Shown here: one piece after another, positions 1-12,771 of the stretch | How the letters are laid out: the number at the start of each line of letters is the position of its first letter | Numbering within the stretch: position 1 is the stretch's first letter | Origin: Nageia nagi | Taxonomy: Eukaryota > Plantae > Pinophyta | Length of the DNA: 64,000 nucleotides | Assembly (NCBI GenBank): GCA_050084985.1 | Contig: JBITNC010000002.1 | Span: 13,206,001 to 13,270,000, forward strand | Direction of reading: 5' to 3' | Translations under genes and position numbers: made by a program | The notes under the pieces: generated by a model | The model's database searches: none | What the model saw: the letters and a program-made list of their open reading frames with translations, nothing else | Told to the model about the DNA's origin: nothing

Positions 1-1279
1 TCGTAAGTTTGCTCTGCATGACAAACTTATTGTACAATTATTATTATAGAGTGTTGATTATTTTATACCTCAATGGTAAGTTTGCTCTGCGTGACAAACT
101 TGTTGTACATTTTATACCTCCGTGGTGAGTTTACTCTGCATGAGAAACTTATTGTACAAATTTTGAGCATATAATTAATATACCTCTGTGGTAAGTTCAC
201 TCTGCGTGATGAACTTGTTGTACATTCTATACCTCCATGGTGAGTTTGCTCTGCGTGAGAAACTTGTACAATTTTTATGCTCTATTTAAAATCAACACAT
301 GTCTATATATAATAGGTGACTATGAGTGATGGCTTGGCATCTCTGTGATGGCTTATAGTGCACCATTGATCAGTTATTTATAAGATAACATTATTTGATT
401 CTCTTATTTGAATATATGATGCATCTAACTGATTTTGTTTATGAGTTGCTTGTAGCATGCAGGATCTTCTTCAGAAATGCAGGTTACTCACCTTATGAAA
501 GCAAGCTCATGGAGACTCACATGTCAGCTTAAAGTTGATCAACTACTATGTACAGTGAAACCAGTTGTGGTTAATGATTGTATTGTAAACCATTTTTTGT
601 CAAATGGTAATGTAGTGAGTCTCATACTAGTTCTCAAAAAGATTCTCAAATATGTAAAAGTTCTCATCTCCACTTGTATCTCTATGGAGGAGAATTCTCT
701 CTTACTCTCTCTTCTCTCTTCTACGCTCTATCCCAATATTGCATTAAGGGGGAGTGTTAGAATTTGTAATGAAATATTGTGAATATCTAAACTCTTTGTA
801 AATTCAATTAATCACTTAAGGGTATGTAGATACCTTAAGAGATTAATTGAATTCTTTAATATGTAGACTTTGACTTTACCAAAGTGGTTAGTTGGTAGGT
901 TGAAGTTAGGTGATACATTTAATGTAACCCTAACCTTACCCTTGGGTTAAAGGAAGGTTAGGGAGGTACTCTCAAGCTATAAATAGAGGGCCTCTCCTCT
1001 TGTAAACATATCTAAGTCTTGGAGTAGGATTACTCTACTTGGTTGTGTAGGAGAGAGCAAGAGAATAGTTGTAAGAGAGACATAGATTGAGAATAGAGAA
1101 CTAGTTGTGGATGTACTCCCAAGGAGGGAGGAACCACATTATATTGGTGTCATATTATGTGAATGATGTTCTTAGAATTATAGATGTGTTATCTTGAGTG
1201 ATTGTGTTATCTTGTGTACACTTGAGTTTCCTAATCTTAGGTCCTAGAGGATTTGTTTAGATATAGTTCAAATCCTTCA
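1..1279 (+). mobile_element. 3' end of a Ty1/copia-type LTR retrotransposon (3' UTR, PPT, 3' LTR 755-1279)
   Basis: PPT AAGGGGGAG at 746-754 is followed by TG at 755. TATA-like CTATAAATAG at ~978; LTR ends ...CCTTCA at 1279. The segment is a diverged reverse complement of 1341-2460. Confidence 0.75.
3..270 (+). repeat. Degenerate tandem repeat (~5 units, ~50-65 bp) in the 3' internal region of a copia element
   Basis: Motif TATACCTC..TGGTRAGTTYRCTCTGCRTGA.AAACTT.TTGTACA recurs near 3, 62, 113, 179 and 228. Confidence 0.85.
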
Positions 1280-1340
1280 TCGTTCGACTTCCTTCTTCAG
1301 ATTCAAGGTTACGTTCTCCTTGAAACCCTCTTATAAATTG

Positions 1341-1838
1341 TATGATAATTGAACTATAACATGAACAACTCTAAGCTTCCAAGATCACATGAAAGCTCAC
1401 AATATACATCTAACAAACTCACAAAGCAATCTCATAAAGATAACATAAGATGTAAGTGGTTCCTCCAACTAGGAGTACATCCACTAACTATATCTCTCTT
1501 AATCTCAAATATAAACTCTTACAATTATCTTAACTCATCTCCTAAACACTATCCTATAGCATAGCTTTACTCCACCAATTGATGTGTGATCACAAAAAGA
1601 GAGCCTTCTATTTATAGGTCAAAATCCCTCTTTAGATCACCCTTTTATCTAATGTACAAAAGCATGACATACACATCCTTTTACCCAAGGGGCATGCTTA
1701 TGATATGGACTGTAGGACAAGCTACATTATCATATTCACTTAAATACTTAAGGTATTAAATGATACCTTTAAGTATTAGTGAACTTACATAGAAGATTAT
1801 TACATAACCTTTACAATAATGCATTATATATTCCAACA
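1341..1838 (-). repeat. 3' LTR of copia A
   Basis: Starts TGTTGGAA on the minus strand right after the PPT; matches 8441-8849 and, inverted, 54345-54838. Confidence 0.9.
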
Positions 1839-2574
1839 CTTCCTCTTAATGCAATATTGGGATAAAGCAAATAAGAGAGAAGAAAGAGAGAAAGTAAGAG
1901 AGTTCACTTCTAAATAGATACAATGGAGATGAGAACTTTATACATATTTGTGAAGTAATAAAGATCTAGTTTGAGGCTCACTATTTTGCCAAATACTATT
2001 ATTAATCACAACTAATTTTAATGTACATGAAATAGTCATTCAACTAGAAGTCATGAAGAGTCTCCAAGAGCTTGCATACTTGAAGTAAGTAATCTGCAAT
2101 CTCAAAAGAACCTACAAGTCATAAGCAACTTAAATAACAAGATCAGTTAGATGCAACATATTCATATCAACAAGGATAGATGAATCACTTAAATGCCATC
2201 ATGAACTGATCAATGGTGCACTATAAGTCATCATGAAGATGCTAAGCCAAAACTCATAGTCACTTGCTATATATAAAACATGTGTTGATTATCATTACAA
2301 AATAAAGCATGCACATACGAGTTCCTCACATATGGATAATTGAACAGTGCCAAAAGACACATAAGAGTTCCTTACATATGGATAACTGAATAGTGCTAGA
2401 TTGACCAATCTTTTTGCTTTAAAAATTTGTACAAGTTCCTCATGTAGAGCGAACTTACCACGAAAGTGTACAACAAAATCAACACTATACAGCATAAAAA
2501 TCCTCCTAAGGGTGAAGTTGTCATCACAAACATGAATTCAACATAAGAATTCAAATTTCACTCTATCTTGAGGG

Positions 2575-5297
2575 CAACTTCACCAACCCTATAGCATCTC
2601 TAAGCTTATAGAACTAAGCTTTCGGGAGAGGCTTGGTGAACAAATCAGCAAAGCTTAAGGTGGATGGATAATACTCTAGGTGTATGATGCCATCAAGAAC
2701 TTCTCTCTAATAGAATGGGCATAGATTTTTATATGTTTTATTTTCTGATGGAACACAAGATTCTTAGCCAAAGAAATAGCCAATTGATTGTTTAAAGAAA
2801 TCAAAGATGAGCCACTTTGCTCATACCCAATTTCTTTTAGAAGATGCCTTAGCCAAATGGCTTCCTAGTTTGCAACAAACATGACATGGTGTTCAGCTTC
2901 TATGGTGGAAAGAGAAATAGTAGGCTACTTCTTAGAAGCGTAAGAGATAGCACTTGAACCAATGCTAAACACATATTCAGAGGTTGATTTCCTATCATTT
3001 CTATCTTCATAGTTAGAATTTGAGAATCTAGAGAGAATAAACGAAGAAAATTTAGAGTACTTGAAAGTAAGATCCTTAGTCCCTACAACATACCTTAAGA
3101 TTTGCTTAACAACATTGAGGTGCTCAACATATGGTTTTTGCATGAATAGTGCCATCAGATTCATTATAAAGGTAATGTTTGACTTAGATATAATTAAATA
3201 CAAAAGATTACCAATTAATTGCTTGTAAACTATAGCATCAACTAACTGAGAGTTGGAGCTCAGAGAAATAGTGATTCTAAAAGAAACTAGGATCGCAACA
3301 TATCTACACTCCTCCATTCCAAACTTCTGTAAGATGTTTGATATATACTTATATTGATTGAGATAAGTACAATCCTTATATTGATACATTTGCATTCCAA
3401 GATAGTAGTGCAAGAGATCAAGATCAATCATTTCAAATGTTACCTTAAGTTTGGATATGCACCGTTGAATAATTTTTTCATTGTTCCCAGTTATTAGAAG
3501 ATCATCCACATAAAGAGGAATCAAGACTATGTCTTTTCTCTGATTGAGCACACATAGATCGGAGTTGAAAAAATACTTAGAGAAACCAATGTCTGCAAAA
3601 TACCTTGAAATCTTCTTGTATCAGGCTCTAGGTGCTTGCTTAAGTTCATATAATAACTTCTTTAGCTTACATACAAAGGACTCTTTGCCTTCTACAATAA
3701 ACCCTTCTGGTTAATTCATGAAGATTTTTACATCTAAGTCACCATTGAGAAATGCACTCTTAACGTCAAGTTGAAAAACTTTCCATCTTTGAGCTGCAAA
3801 AAAAGCAAGATAATTTTCATAGTAGGCATCTTTACCATGAGAGCAAAGGTTTCTTCATAATCTACATTGTATTTTTGAGCAAAACATTTGGCTACTAACC
3901 TTGCCTTATATTTTTCAATATCCTTAACTAAATTGAATATGACTTTGTAGATCCACTTATTACCAATCACATTCTTCTCATTGATATAAGGAACCAAATC
4001 CCAAGTTTCATTTTTTATAAGCGTTTCATACTCTATTTTCATGGCTTCCATCTAGCACTCATGCTTAAAAGCTTCTTTGAAGGTTGAGGGCTCATGCTTG
4101 TTGTCAATCTTGACAAATAAGTATTTATTCAAGGTCATGCTCCTTGTTACCCTTTGAGTTGGAGAGTTGTTTCTGAGGTGACTTATCTAGATTAATATCT
4201 AACCACCTAGATGCAATTGAAGAGTCCTTTGGATCATCAACATCCTCATTAAAAGCAGATTTTTTAGGAAGTTCATTGAACCTTACATCCCTTGAAATAA
4301 ACACGAATTTGTAGGATGCTGACTATCATAACTCACAAAGATGCATTTTACAGCTCTTTTATCCAACTTTTTCTTTTTCTCAGAAATAATGTAAGAGAAT
4401 ATTTCACAACCAAACACCTTAAGGTGAGAAATGTTAGGTTTTCTTCCTGACTATATCTCAAAAGAAGTTTTACCCTAAATGGTTTGTGTGAGACACTTAT
4501 TCAAGGTGTAAATAGCAATGTTCACAGCTTCACCCCATCAAAAATTAAGAAGGTTACCCAACATGCATCTAGCCATCTCCATAATTATTCTATTTTTTTT
4601 CAACAACACCATTTTGCTAAGGAGTGTAAGGAATCATAAATTATTTCTTAATTCCATACTTAACACAATAGTCATTGAACTCATTGTTATATTCTTTCCC
4701 ATTATTTGATCTTAACATCTTGATTTTAAGGTTAGTTTGATTCTCAACAAAGGCCTTAGAAATTTTAAAACTCTCAAAGGTTTGATCCTTGTGCTCAATT
4801 AGATACCCAAAGGTCATCCTACTAAAATCATAAATGAAGGTCAAGACGAAAGATGCTTCTCCAAGAGACTTAATTTGAAACAGACCCATCAAATCTGAAT
4901 GCACGAGTTGAAATGGTTGAGATGCTTTTGTTACTTTATCTTTTTCAAACTTTTGTCTATGCATCTTGCCAAAAATGCAATTCTCACATAAACCAATCAA
5001 AGGATAAATTGAAGTTAAACCTTCCACAAGTTCTTATTCTTTCATGATTTGAATACTCTTGTAGTTAAGGTGCCCTAAACATTGGTGCCAAAGATTGCCT
5101 CTAGAACACACACTTGTTGCAAGACACATCTTTGATGGAACTTGATCTATAATATAGAGATCATCTTTCACTGATTCTTTAACCAATGAGGTAAATATTT
5201 TTTTAATGCATCAAGATTGAGAGTTGAACTCAAAAGAGTACCCTTCCCTAGCAACTTGGATCATGGAGAGAAGGTTCATCCTATGTTTAGAAACATA
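2575..5297 (-). pseudogene. pol: Copia A pol (GAG-pre-integrase, integrase, RT, RNase H), with stops and frameshifts
   Basis: CENCIFGKMHR and LVHSDLMG (integrase); ETWDLVP, KYKARLVAK and LYVDDLL (RVT_2); DRKSTS and ADLFTKPL (RNase H). Confidence 0.92.
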
Positions 5298-7257
5298 TCA
5301 TTCTTTATAAATTGTTTAATCTTGCATACATGCTCATGTATGCCTCCCTTCCCTTGTGGCCACTTTAAGACACATTTTTAGACCAAATAAGGTCCTCCCT
5401 GCTCAACACCGCTAGGGCTCTCCTCCTACACGTCCCTTCTCTCTCCTTTGCGAAACCCCCTCTCCTCCATGGACTCCCTTCCCTCATGCGATTTTTTTTT
5501 GCTGATTCAATTTAGCCTTTTTCCTTCTATTCGACCCCCTAACTCCTCTTTTTTTATTTACTTCTTTCACTCACCTACCTTACATTTGGTTGGTCAAAAT
5601 ATTTAATTTTTTTCCAACAAGTACAATGTCATGCATTTTTTTTGGGTTTCTTGCAAGAAACTTAATGTCTTAATTTTTTCCTACCTTCCATTTAATGCAT
5701 CTGATTTAGAGTGAAGTAAAGGAGAATTTTTTTTTACATTCTTGCAAGTAATCAGGTAATCATTGTCAACTTTTAAATGAGGAGGTAATGCATAGAAGCA
5801 CTTTATTTTGTCAAATTGTAATGGGAGATATTTTTTTTTTTTGTAATTTAAAGTACCTTCATTGGAATATGTCTCATAAATGACATTTTTTAAAGTAATT
5901 TTTACCTTAATAAACATATACTATTTATTTTTTAGAGGGAATATGTCTAGTCATTAAGAAAAATAGAGAATTCTTTTTTGCTAGAGTATCATTTTTTTGG
6001 CCTTGATAATACTTCTAAGGGGAATGCCATTTTAAATTAGCAATGCTATTTTTTAAGTAAAAAGGAAATTTTTTTGTATTTACTTAAAAATATTGCATTA
6101 ATGGATGAATGTCTATCACTTAATTTTTTTTTTGGATACCTCTTAAGCGTCTTCCTTAAAGTTCCTTTTTAATGCAACTTTGGAAATAATTGCATGTTAG
6201 AATTAACAAATTTCTTATTCAAAGTAATAAGATAATGCATACTTATGCATGATTATGCTTAAATGATGCTTGCTTAAGATTAGTACTTAATTTTTAAGTT
6301 AAGAATGATACATGCTTATGACTTAATTTTTTAAGTTAGATGCTTAACACTTGAATTTTTAATTCAAATAATGCATGTGTATTACTTAAAATCTTAAGTT
6401 ATGAATCAATCTACTTCCTTATGCAAGAATGGACTTGTGCAAAAAATAGGACCTATGTAAAGATGTCTTTTAGGGGTTAGTAAACAAAACCTATTGGACA
6501 TTTAGGTTTCAAATTTTGAATAGATAATGTTTTACTCATGCTCTTTACTTCATGCTTTGCATTTTGATTTATTTGCTTATGCAAATAAAAATACAAATAT
6601 TGAAATGAGCAACCTTCTAAAATGAACACATCTGCACATACATTTCGTAACATGACTTGTTTGGAGAGCTATGAGGTGAGGATAGGTGGACTGGAACCTT
6701 TAAGTTCGATGATCCAAATGGTGAAAAGTTTGTAGTTTTCAATTGCTCCTAAGTCCTCTGTTAGTTTGGACATAACTCCAATAGGTGGATAGACATATGT
6801 GTAGTGATATCACATGTCCACACATCCATTTAAGGATTATCTTAATAACCTAAAAGAACAACTTGAAATCTAATCAAAATTAATAATTTGATCAATCCAA
6901 TAAACGTCATAACCTTGAAAAATAGTAAGTACTCCTTATGAGAATATAATACTGACCAAAACGAATTGGTTGAAGATTGGTAGTACTTGGGTTCCTCTTG
7001 TGTGTGTATTCAGGTGAAGGCCTAATTTTAAATAAAAAAATAAGCCTCAATAACGTCACTCTACATCTACGATTCTTGAGATGAGAAATGTATTTGGATA
7101 CATCAATTATTATTTGAGTTGTAAAATATTTGCATTAGTAAAACAAATCATGCATGTCTTTTGTGTTAAAATTAACATGTGTTTTTTACTTGGTTAAAAT
7201 ATTACATATAATGTTGTTAATTACATGCTTATTATTCTTCACATTCTTGTGTAGCAA

Positions 7258-8430
7258 ATGGGAGAATCATTTTTACCCAAACATATTTTTGACGGTTCCA
7301 ACTTTGGTATTTGGGAATCTCGGATGAGAGTTAAATTGCAGGTAAGGAAGCTTTGGCAAACAGTGAATGAGAAACTTGTACCTCTTACAGATAAGAAGAC
7401 ACTAGAGGCTTACAATACAAAGAATGAATTGATAACCTCCATGATCTTTTATGCAATTTCAAATGATGTGTTCCTGATGATTTCCTCTTCAACCTTGGTA
7501 AAAGAAGTTTGGAATAAGCTTAAGCAAATCTACCTTGATTCAAAGTTTTCAAGAAGGTTTACCATTCTCTAAAAGTTGCTTCAATCTCATCAAAGGGAAG
7601 ATGAAAATGTAGCTATTTACTTGAACAAAATTATTGATCTAAGAATCTAACTTGTTGCTTGTGGATGCAATTGGATCAATGATGAATTTATGGTTTTCAT
7701 CATTTTTTAAAGCCTTTAAAATTTGAAAACTTTGTGATGGTTATAGAAATAAGGTTTGATGATGAACAAGAAATCTTCTCATTTGAGAACCTTTCTAAGC
7801 TCCTTTTGAAGCATAAAAAAACTTTTAACAAAAAGATATTGATTTCTTCTCCTAAAGATAATAACATTACTCTTGGAGTAACTAAAACTCCTTTCAAGAA
7901 GAAGTTTAACCATCAAAAGAAATCTTATCCTTCTTCCAAAAGGTTTGAGAAAAGAGGCAATGGCTACAATAGCAGAAATAATGGCAACAAGAATAATAAC
8001 AACAATAGGAACAACAGTAACAACAACAACCACTTCAAGCAAAGAGATGAAAAAGTTAAAGCAAACAATCCATATCCTAAGAAAAAGTTTGATAGTAATT
8101 GTAACTATTGTGGTATCCAAGGTCACAAAGAAGTTGATTACTACAAAAATAAAAGAGAGCAAAAGAACAAAAGCAATGGAAATGTAAAAAACTTCAAAAG
8201 AAAGAAGAATATTCAAGTTGGTTTTGCTGTGACACTCTATATCTCGCTCTTTTTCATCTAATTGGATTGTTGATTCTAGTTGCACTAATCACCTATACTT
8301 TGAAAAGGAAACGTTTGAGAACTTTCACAAGTATAAAAAAGATGCAGTTGTGATAGGTGATAACTCTACCCTTGAAATTCAAGGAATTGGAAGTGTGTTG
8401 ATTCACGGAAAGGTTTTTGACAATGTGCTC
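7258..8430 (+). pseudogene. gag: Copia gag plus protease N-part, inverted relative to its own LTRs and pol
   Basis: FDGSNFGIWESRM gag N-terminus, CNYCGIQGH zinc knuckle and WIVDSSCTNH protease motif. It ends ...FDNVL at 8430, abutting the PBS. Confidence 0.9.
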
Positions 8431-8438
8431 TGATACCA
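8427..8438 (-). promoter_or_regulatory. Primer-binding site (tRNA-iMet) of copia A
   Basis: TGGTATCAGAGC on the minus strand, 2 nt from the LTR. Confidence 0.9.
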
Positions 8439-8440
8439 AT

Positions 8441-8849
8441 TATGAGAATTGAACTATAACATGAACAACTCTAAGCTCCTAAGATCACATGAAAGCTCAC
8501 AATACACATCTAACAAACTCACAAAGCAATCTCACAAAAACAACACAAGATGTAAGTGGTTCCTCCAACTAGGAGTACATCCACTAACTAGATCTTTCTT
8601 CATCTCAAATATGAACTCTTACAATTCTCCTAACTCATCTTCTAAACACTATTCTATAGCATAGCTTTACTACACCAATTGGTGTGTGATCACAAAGAGG
8701 GAGCCTTCTATTTATAAGTCAAAATCTCTCTTTGGATCACCCTTTTATCCAATGTACAAAAGCATGACATGCACATCCTTTTACCCAAGGAGCATGCTCA
8801 TGACATGGAGTGTAGGACAAGTTACATTATCATATTCACTTAAATACTT
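8441..8849 (-). repeat. Truncated 5' LTR of copia A
   Basis: Matches 1341-1749; the last ~89 bp are missing and the sequence is fused to another LTR through ACTT. Confidence 0.88.
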
Positions 8850-9715
8850 GATCAAAATGCCCTTTTTGACACCTTCGAGCTCAAACTCTACATTTTCAAT
8901 GATTTTCAAGCTTAAATGGTGCAAAAATAACCATTTTTACTTTTTCGGGCTCAAAGTTGTCATTTTTCGTTATTTTTGACACTTCTGGGCTCAAAGTATC
9001 CAATCCTACCCATTTTCAGCATTTCTTGGCCCTTAGCATGAAAAAATGACCTTTTCTAGCATTTTCGACATTTTCAAGCATTTTTGGCCATTCTAGGATC
9101 AACCCGTCACTTTCGATCATTTTCGAGCTTTTCGGATTCAAATCATGCAAAATGCACCTTTTTTTACCAAATTGACCATTTTCAAGCCGAAAAGTGACCA
9201 AAATGCGCTTTTCTACCTTACTTGTCATCCTTATCATTTTCAAGGCACTCGAACTCTAAGTTGACAAAAAACACTAATTTTTGTCACCTGGGTACCTTAG
9301 CACTCAAATTATGCAAAAACACGCCTTACTATTGTGCTAGGCACTTGTGAGCTCAATCTTTGCAAAAACATGCCCTTTTCTCAACTTTGTCAGTCTTGTT
9401 CTCAAATGCTGAGAAAATAAGTCTTTTTCGCTCTATTGGCCACTTGGTGCAAAACTCCCTTTCTGGTTGCCGTTGTGATCCAAAACTACGTCCTACTTGA
9501 TGTTGCTTTAAATTAGACCTTGAATGGCCCCTGTATGTAGTTAACTGACTTGGTGCCTCTATGGGTACTTATATGCATTGCTTTACCACCCAATTGCTCT
9601 AATTTTTCGCTCTGGCAGTTGTCTAGTCATCTCTAGACAATGTAGTCCATTGCCTTCAAAAAAAAGTAGGGTCCCCAAAATGTAGCATCTTGGGGTGTGT
9701 TGTGTAGGTACAACA
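8850..9715 (-). repeat. Partial LTR of the Tat-associated long-LTR family
   Basis: Roughly 85% similar by eye to 25173-26066 and ends in the same terminus (...GTACAACA). It is either a truncated 3' LTR or an independent insertion; no PPT is visible next to it. Confidence 0.8.
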
Positions 9716-10449
9716 TTAGCAAAATAAAAATAACAACAAAAACTTTGTACAAATGAAAGCATAGTTACATGCTTCATCCATTGGACGAGGGTCCAATGTC
9801 AACATATGCTAACGGTTGCATAATCGATTTGTTTTTAAAGTGAGTGAACTCTCACTAGTAGAAGTGTTCATAAGGACACCTTCATCGTATCATATGTTCC
9901 AAAAGTCACAACCATGACCATCATTCCTAGCTCACGAGATGGATCAAAATGATGCGGTCAGAATAATTCTTAATGTCCTCATCTTTCTCATCACTCACCA
10001 CAATTGGATAGTAGTTTGAGGCTTACAGTCCTATATTTTTGCTTCATTAAAAAGCATGAGGCCTATTGATCGCACCATTATCATATCTTTCACCTATCAC
10101 TTATGATTCTAGAGATCTCTCTATTTCTCGGACTTGCATCGATTGGCAGGGTACCAGTGTTAGTTCCTGTTTCATTAGATAATCATTAGTATCATTTAGA
10201 GTGTCTATTCCAATTGTAGTCTTTGGGTCGGAACAAATCATTCCTAAGCCCTATGTGCTCTAATGATTGTAGCTTTTACTTGAATTTACACCGATTGGTA
10301 GCGAACCAATGTCAGTTAGTGAGCTTGAAATGCTCGGGTGTCCCTACGATTCTACCAAAGTTCCTAAGTGTAGCCGAAATTTAAATGCTAAAGTGAGGAA
10401 ACTTAACTATTTACAAGTGGTACCATAGGACATGCCATCCTCGGTTAGA

Positions 10450-12085
10450 AATAGTGCTTCAAGTGTTTACCATTAACGGGCAATGGTAATACTTCACCAG
10501 TAAGACGTTGAAGTTTGAATGTGTTTTGTCCTAGAATAGAAAATATCTAGAACGGGCCTAGCCATAGTATATCAAATTTGGCATGCTTGCCCTTGTCTTC
10601 ACGAGCCTTGTCCCATAGTAAGACCAAGTCATCAACTCAGAAGCCTTTGTACTGAACATTCTTGTCAAACCACCTCTTGGTAGCTAATTGGTGTCAACTC
10701 ATATTCAAGAATGCTTGTTCTCTTTTCTCATCCAACCGAAGTAACTCTAGCAGTCGACTCTTAATTATGTCGGTGAAACCCTCATAGTCCTTCATGAATT
10801 GCAAGGTTGCAATTTTCAACTTTATAGGAAAAATTGGTTCTGTGCCATAGACTAACTGAAATGGAGAAGTGCCCAATGATTTCTTTATCCTAATCCGATC
10901 TGACCACAAAGCATATTTGAATTTGTTGTGCTAGTCTCTCGGATTTTCTTCAAGGAGTTTCTTGATGACCGTTAGCAAGTTCTTGTTCGTGGATTCAGCC
11001 AGCCCATTCCCTTGTGGATAGTAATTGGAAGAGAAATTCAATAGTATATTACGATCATAGGTCCATTCAACAAATTTTGTAGATACAAATGTTGAACCAT
11101 TGTCAGCTACCAAAGACTGTGGCATACCGAATCTTGTTACTATGAACTCTTCTAGGAATTTAATGATGACTTTAGAAGTTGCATTCTTGCAAGCTTGGGC
11201 TTCGATCCATCTGGTACAATAATCTGTTGCCGTCAAGATGAATCGATGCCTTGTGGATGAGTTAGGGTTCACAACCCCAACGAAGTCTAATGCCCACTTA
11301 GCAAATGGTTTTGCTTCTATCATTAGCTGAAGTGGCATGCTTGAAGTCCTTTCTCTTTCATTTGTTGTTTGGCAAATATGGCAAGCTTTAGTTTGCTCTT
11401 GGGTATCTTTAAAAATACTCGACCAATAGTAACTAACTCAAAGAATTTCATGGGATAGTGTGGTACCAGATGTGTGTCTAGTACCACCTTCTTGATCGTG
11501 AAACTACTTGAGGACCTCTTTTGCTTGATCCTTCTCTAGACATTTCAAATAGATGCCTTCATAATTTTTCGTAAATAATTTGCCAGCTTTGATCATGAAT
11601 TTTGTCGACCTATATCTTAATGCTCTTTTTTGTGCTAGATTGAAATCAGGTGGATATGATCTCGTTGTGAGATAAAGAAATATATCCTCCTACTAGAATC
11701 TTGCTCATGGGGCATATTGGTACAACTTTATTTCATCTTTTAGGGGATCAATCTCATTAGTAGGAGGAATAGATTCTTCATGGCAATATGCTAAGGTTTT
11801 TGTCAAACCTTGTCCTCTGACGACTTCCATGGGTTGTACCATCAATTCATATTCTTGTAATGCTAACATCCAATTTCCCATTTTATCTCCCAATTCATGT
11901 TGGGCCAAAAGGTTTTTAACCGTTGCATCTGATACTATTGCGATGATTTCGCTTTTGAGGATATAGTGTCTAAACTTCTTAACCGCTTTGACCAATGCAT
12001 ATGCTTGTTTTTCCAGAACTAAGTATATCAAGGCTACCTCTTTCAGAAGTGCGCTCATGAATGCAATGGGTTTCTCAAGATCTTC
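10450..12085 (-). pseudogene. pol: Tat RNase H C-part and integrase
   Basis: LEKQAYALVKAVKKFRHY (RH); PFAKWALDFVG, DYCTRWIEA, DNGSTF and YYPQGNGLAE (rve); GPF-like motif near 10550. Confidence 0.9.
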
Positions 12086-12090
12086 ATCAT

Positions 12091-12771
12091 TGAAATATCC
12101 CAATTATTACTCAAGATTTTTGGGCATAAAAACTAGATCTGTTACATGCTATCTTTGACTTCAAACTCCAACTGTAACAGCACTTTTATTACTTAATAAT
12201 GATGACAGAATTCTGATCTTATAACAGCAGTAATATAGGAATTAAATCGCATGAAAGAGACCATAGAATCATTCATTCAAGAGTAGATAACAAGAACAAT
12301 GAGTATATGAGATCAAATCTTCAATACGCAAGTAATAAGACTGTTATTTCTGTAACAATTCTGTAACATTCCTGTAACAATATTTAGGGCATCCAAAATA
12401 TGAGTCTCCTCACAAATTCTTCAAAATGCCACTTCTAAGGCTGTTGGGCGCATCCCTAGGCCAAAGAAGGATGAGAAGGGCACATCCCTAACTCAAGAAA
12501 AGTAGATATCAGAATTTGATTGGATGATTCCTTGAAAATGAGAAATGTTTTTGCTTAAATAGCCACTAAATGTCTCCATAAAAGCCAGCCGACCAGCCTT
12601 GCAAGAGAAAACTAGATTTCCAAGTGGTTTTGCCGACTTGAACATGGATAATGATTCCAAATACAATTCTTTACATTTTTTTTTTCTTTTGATAAATGCC
12701 AAAAGTGTAAAGTACTCCTAGATCTAGAAATTGCAATGAAAATGAAATACAAAGAATTTTGGGACATTACA
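12091..12771 (-). repeat. 3' LTR of the young chromovirus
   Basis: Near-identical to 17507-18187. Confidence 0.97.

Larger units (their letters stand above)
1341..8849 (-). mobile_element. Ty1/copia LTR retrotransposon A (decayed, internal inversion, 5' LTR truncated)
   Basis: LTRs 1341-1838 and 8441-8849 are colinear at an offset of 7100. PBS-Met reverse complement at 8427-8438, PPT reverse complement at 1839-1847, and INT-RT-RH in copia order on the minus strand. Confidence 0.9.

Noticed and set aside
3-270. CRISPR-like repeat-spacer pattern
   Set aside because: Repeats are degenerate, spacers are short and irregular, there are no cas genes, and the context is a plant retrotransposon 3' UTR.
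7779-8285. 168-aa hydrophobic antisense ORF
   Set aside because: Shadow of the Asn/Lys-rich gag frame on the other strand.
1349-8979. Repeated short ORFs (1349-1564, 8449-8664, 8686-8979, 54391-54597) as a gene family
   Set aside because: They are chance frames within copies of the same LTR.
9716-9740. PPT confirming 8850-9715 as the Tat element's own 3' LTR
   Set aside because: The adjacent minus-strand sequence is T-rich rather than polypurine, so the pairing is left unresolved.
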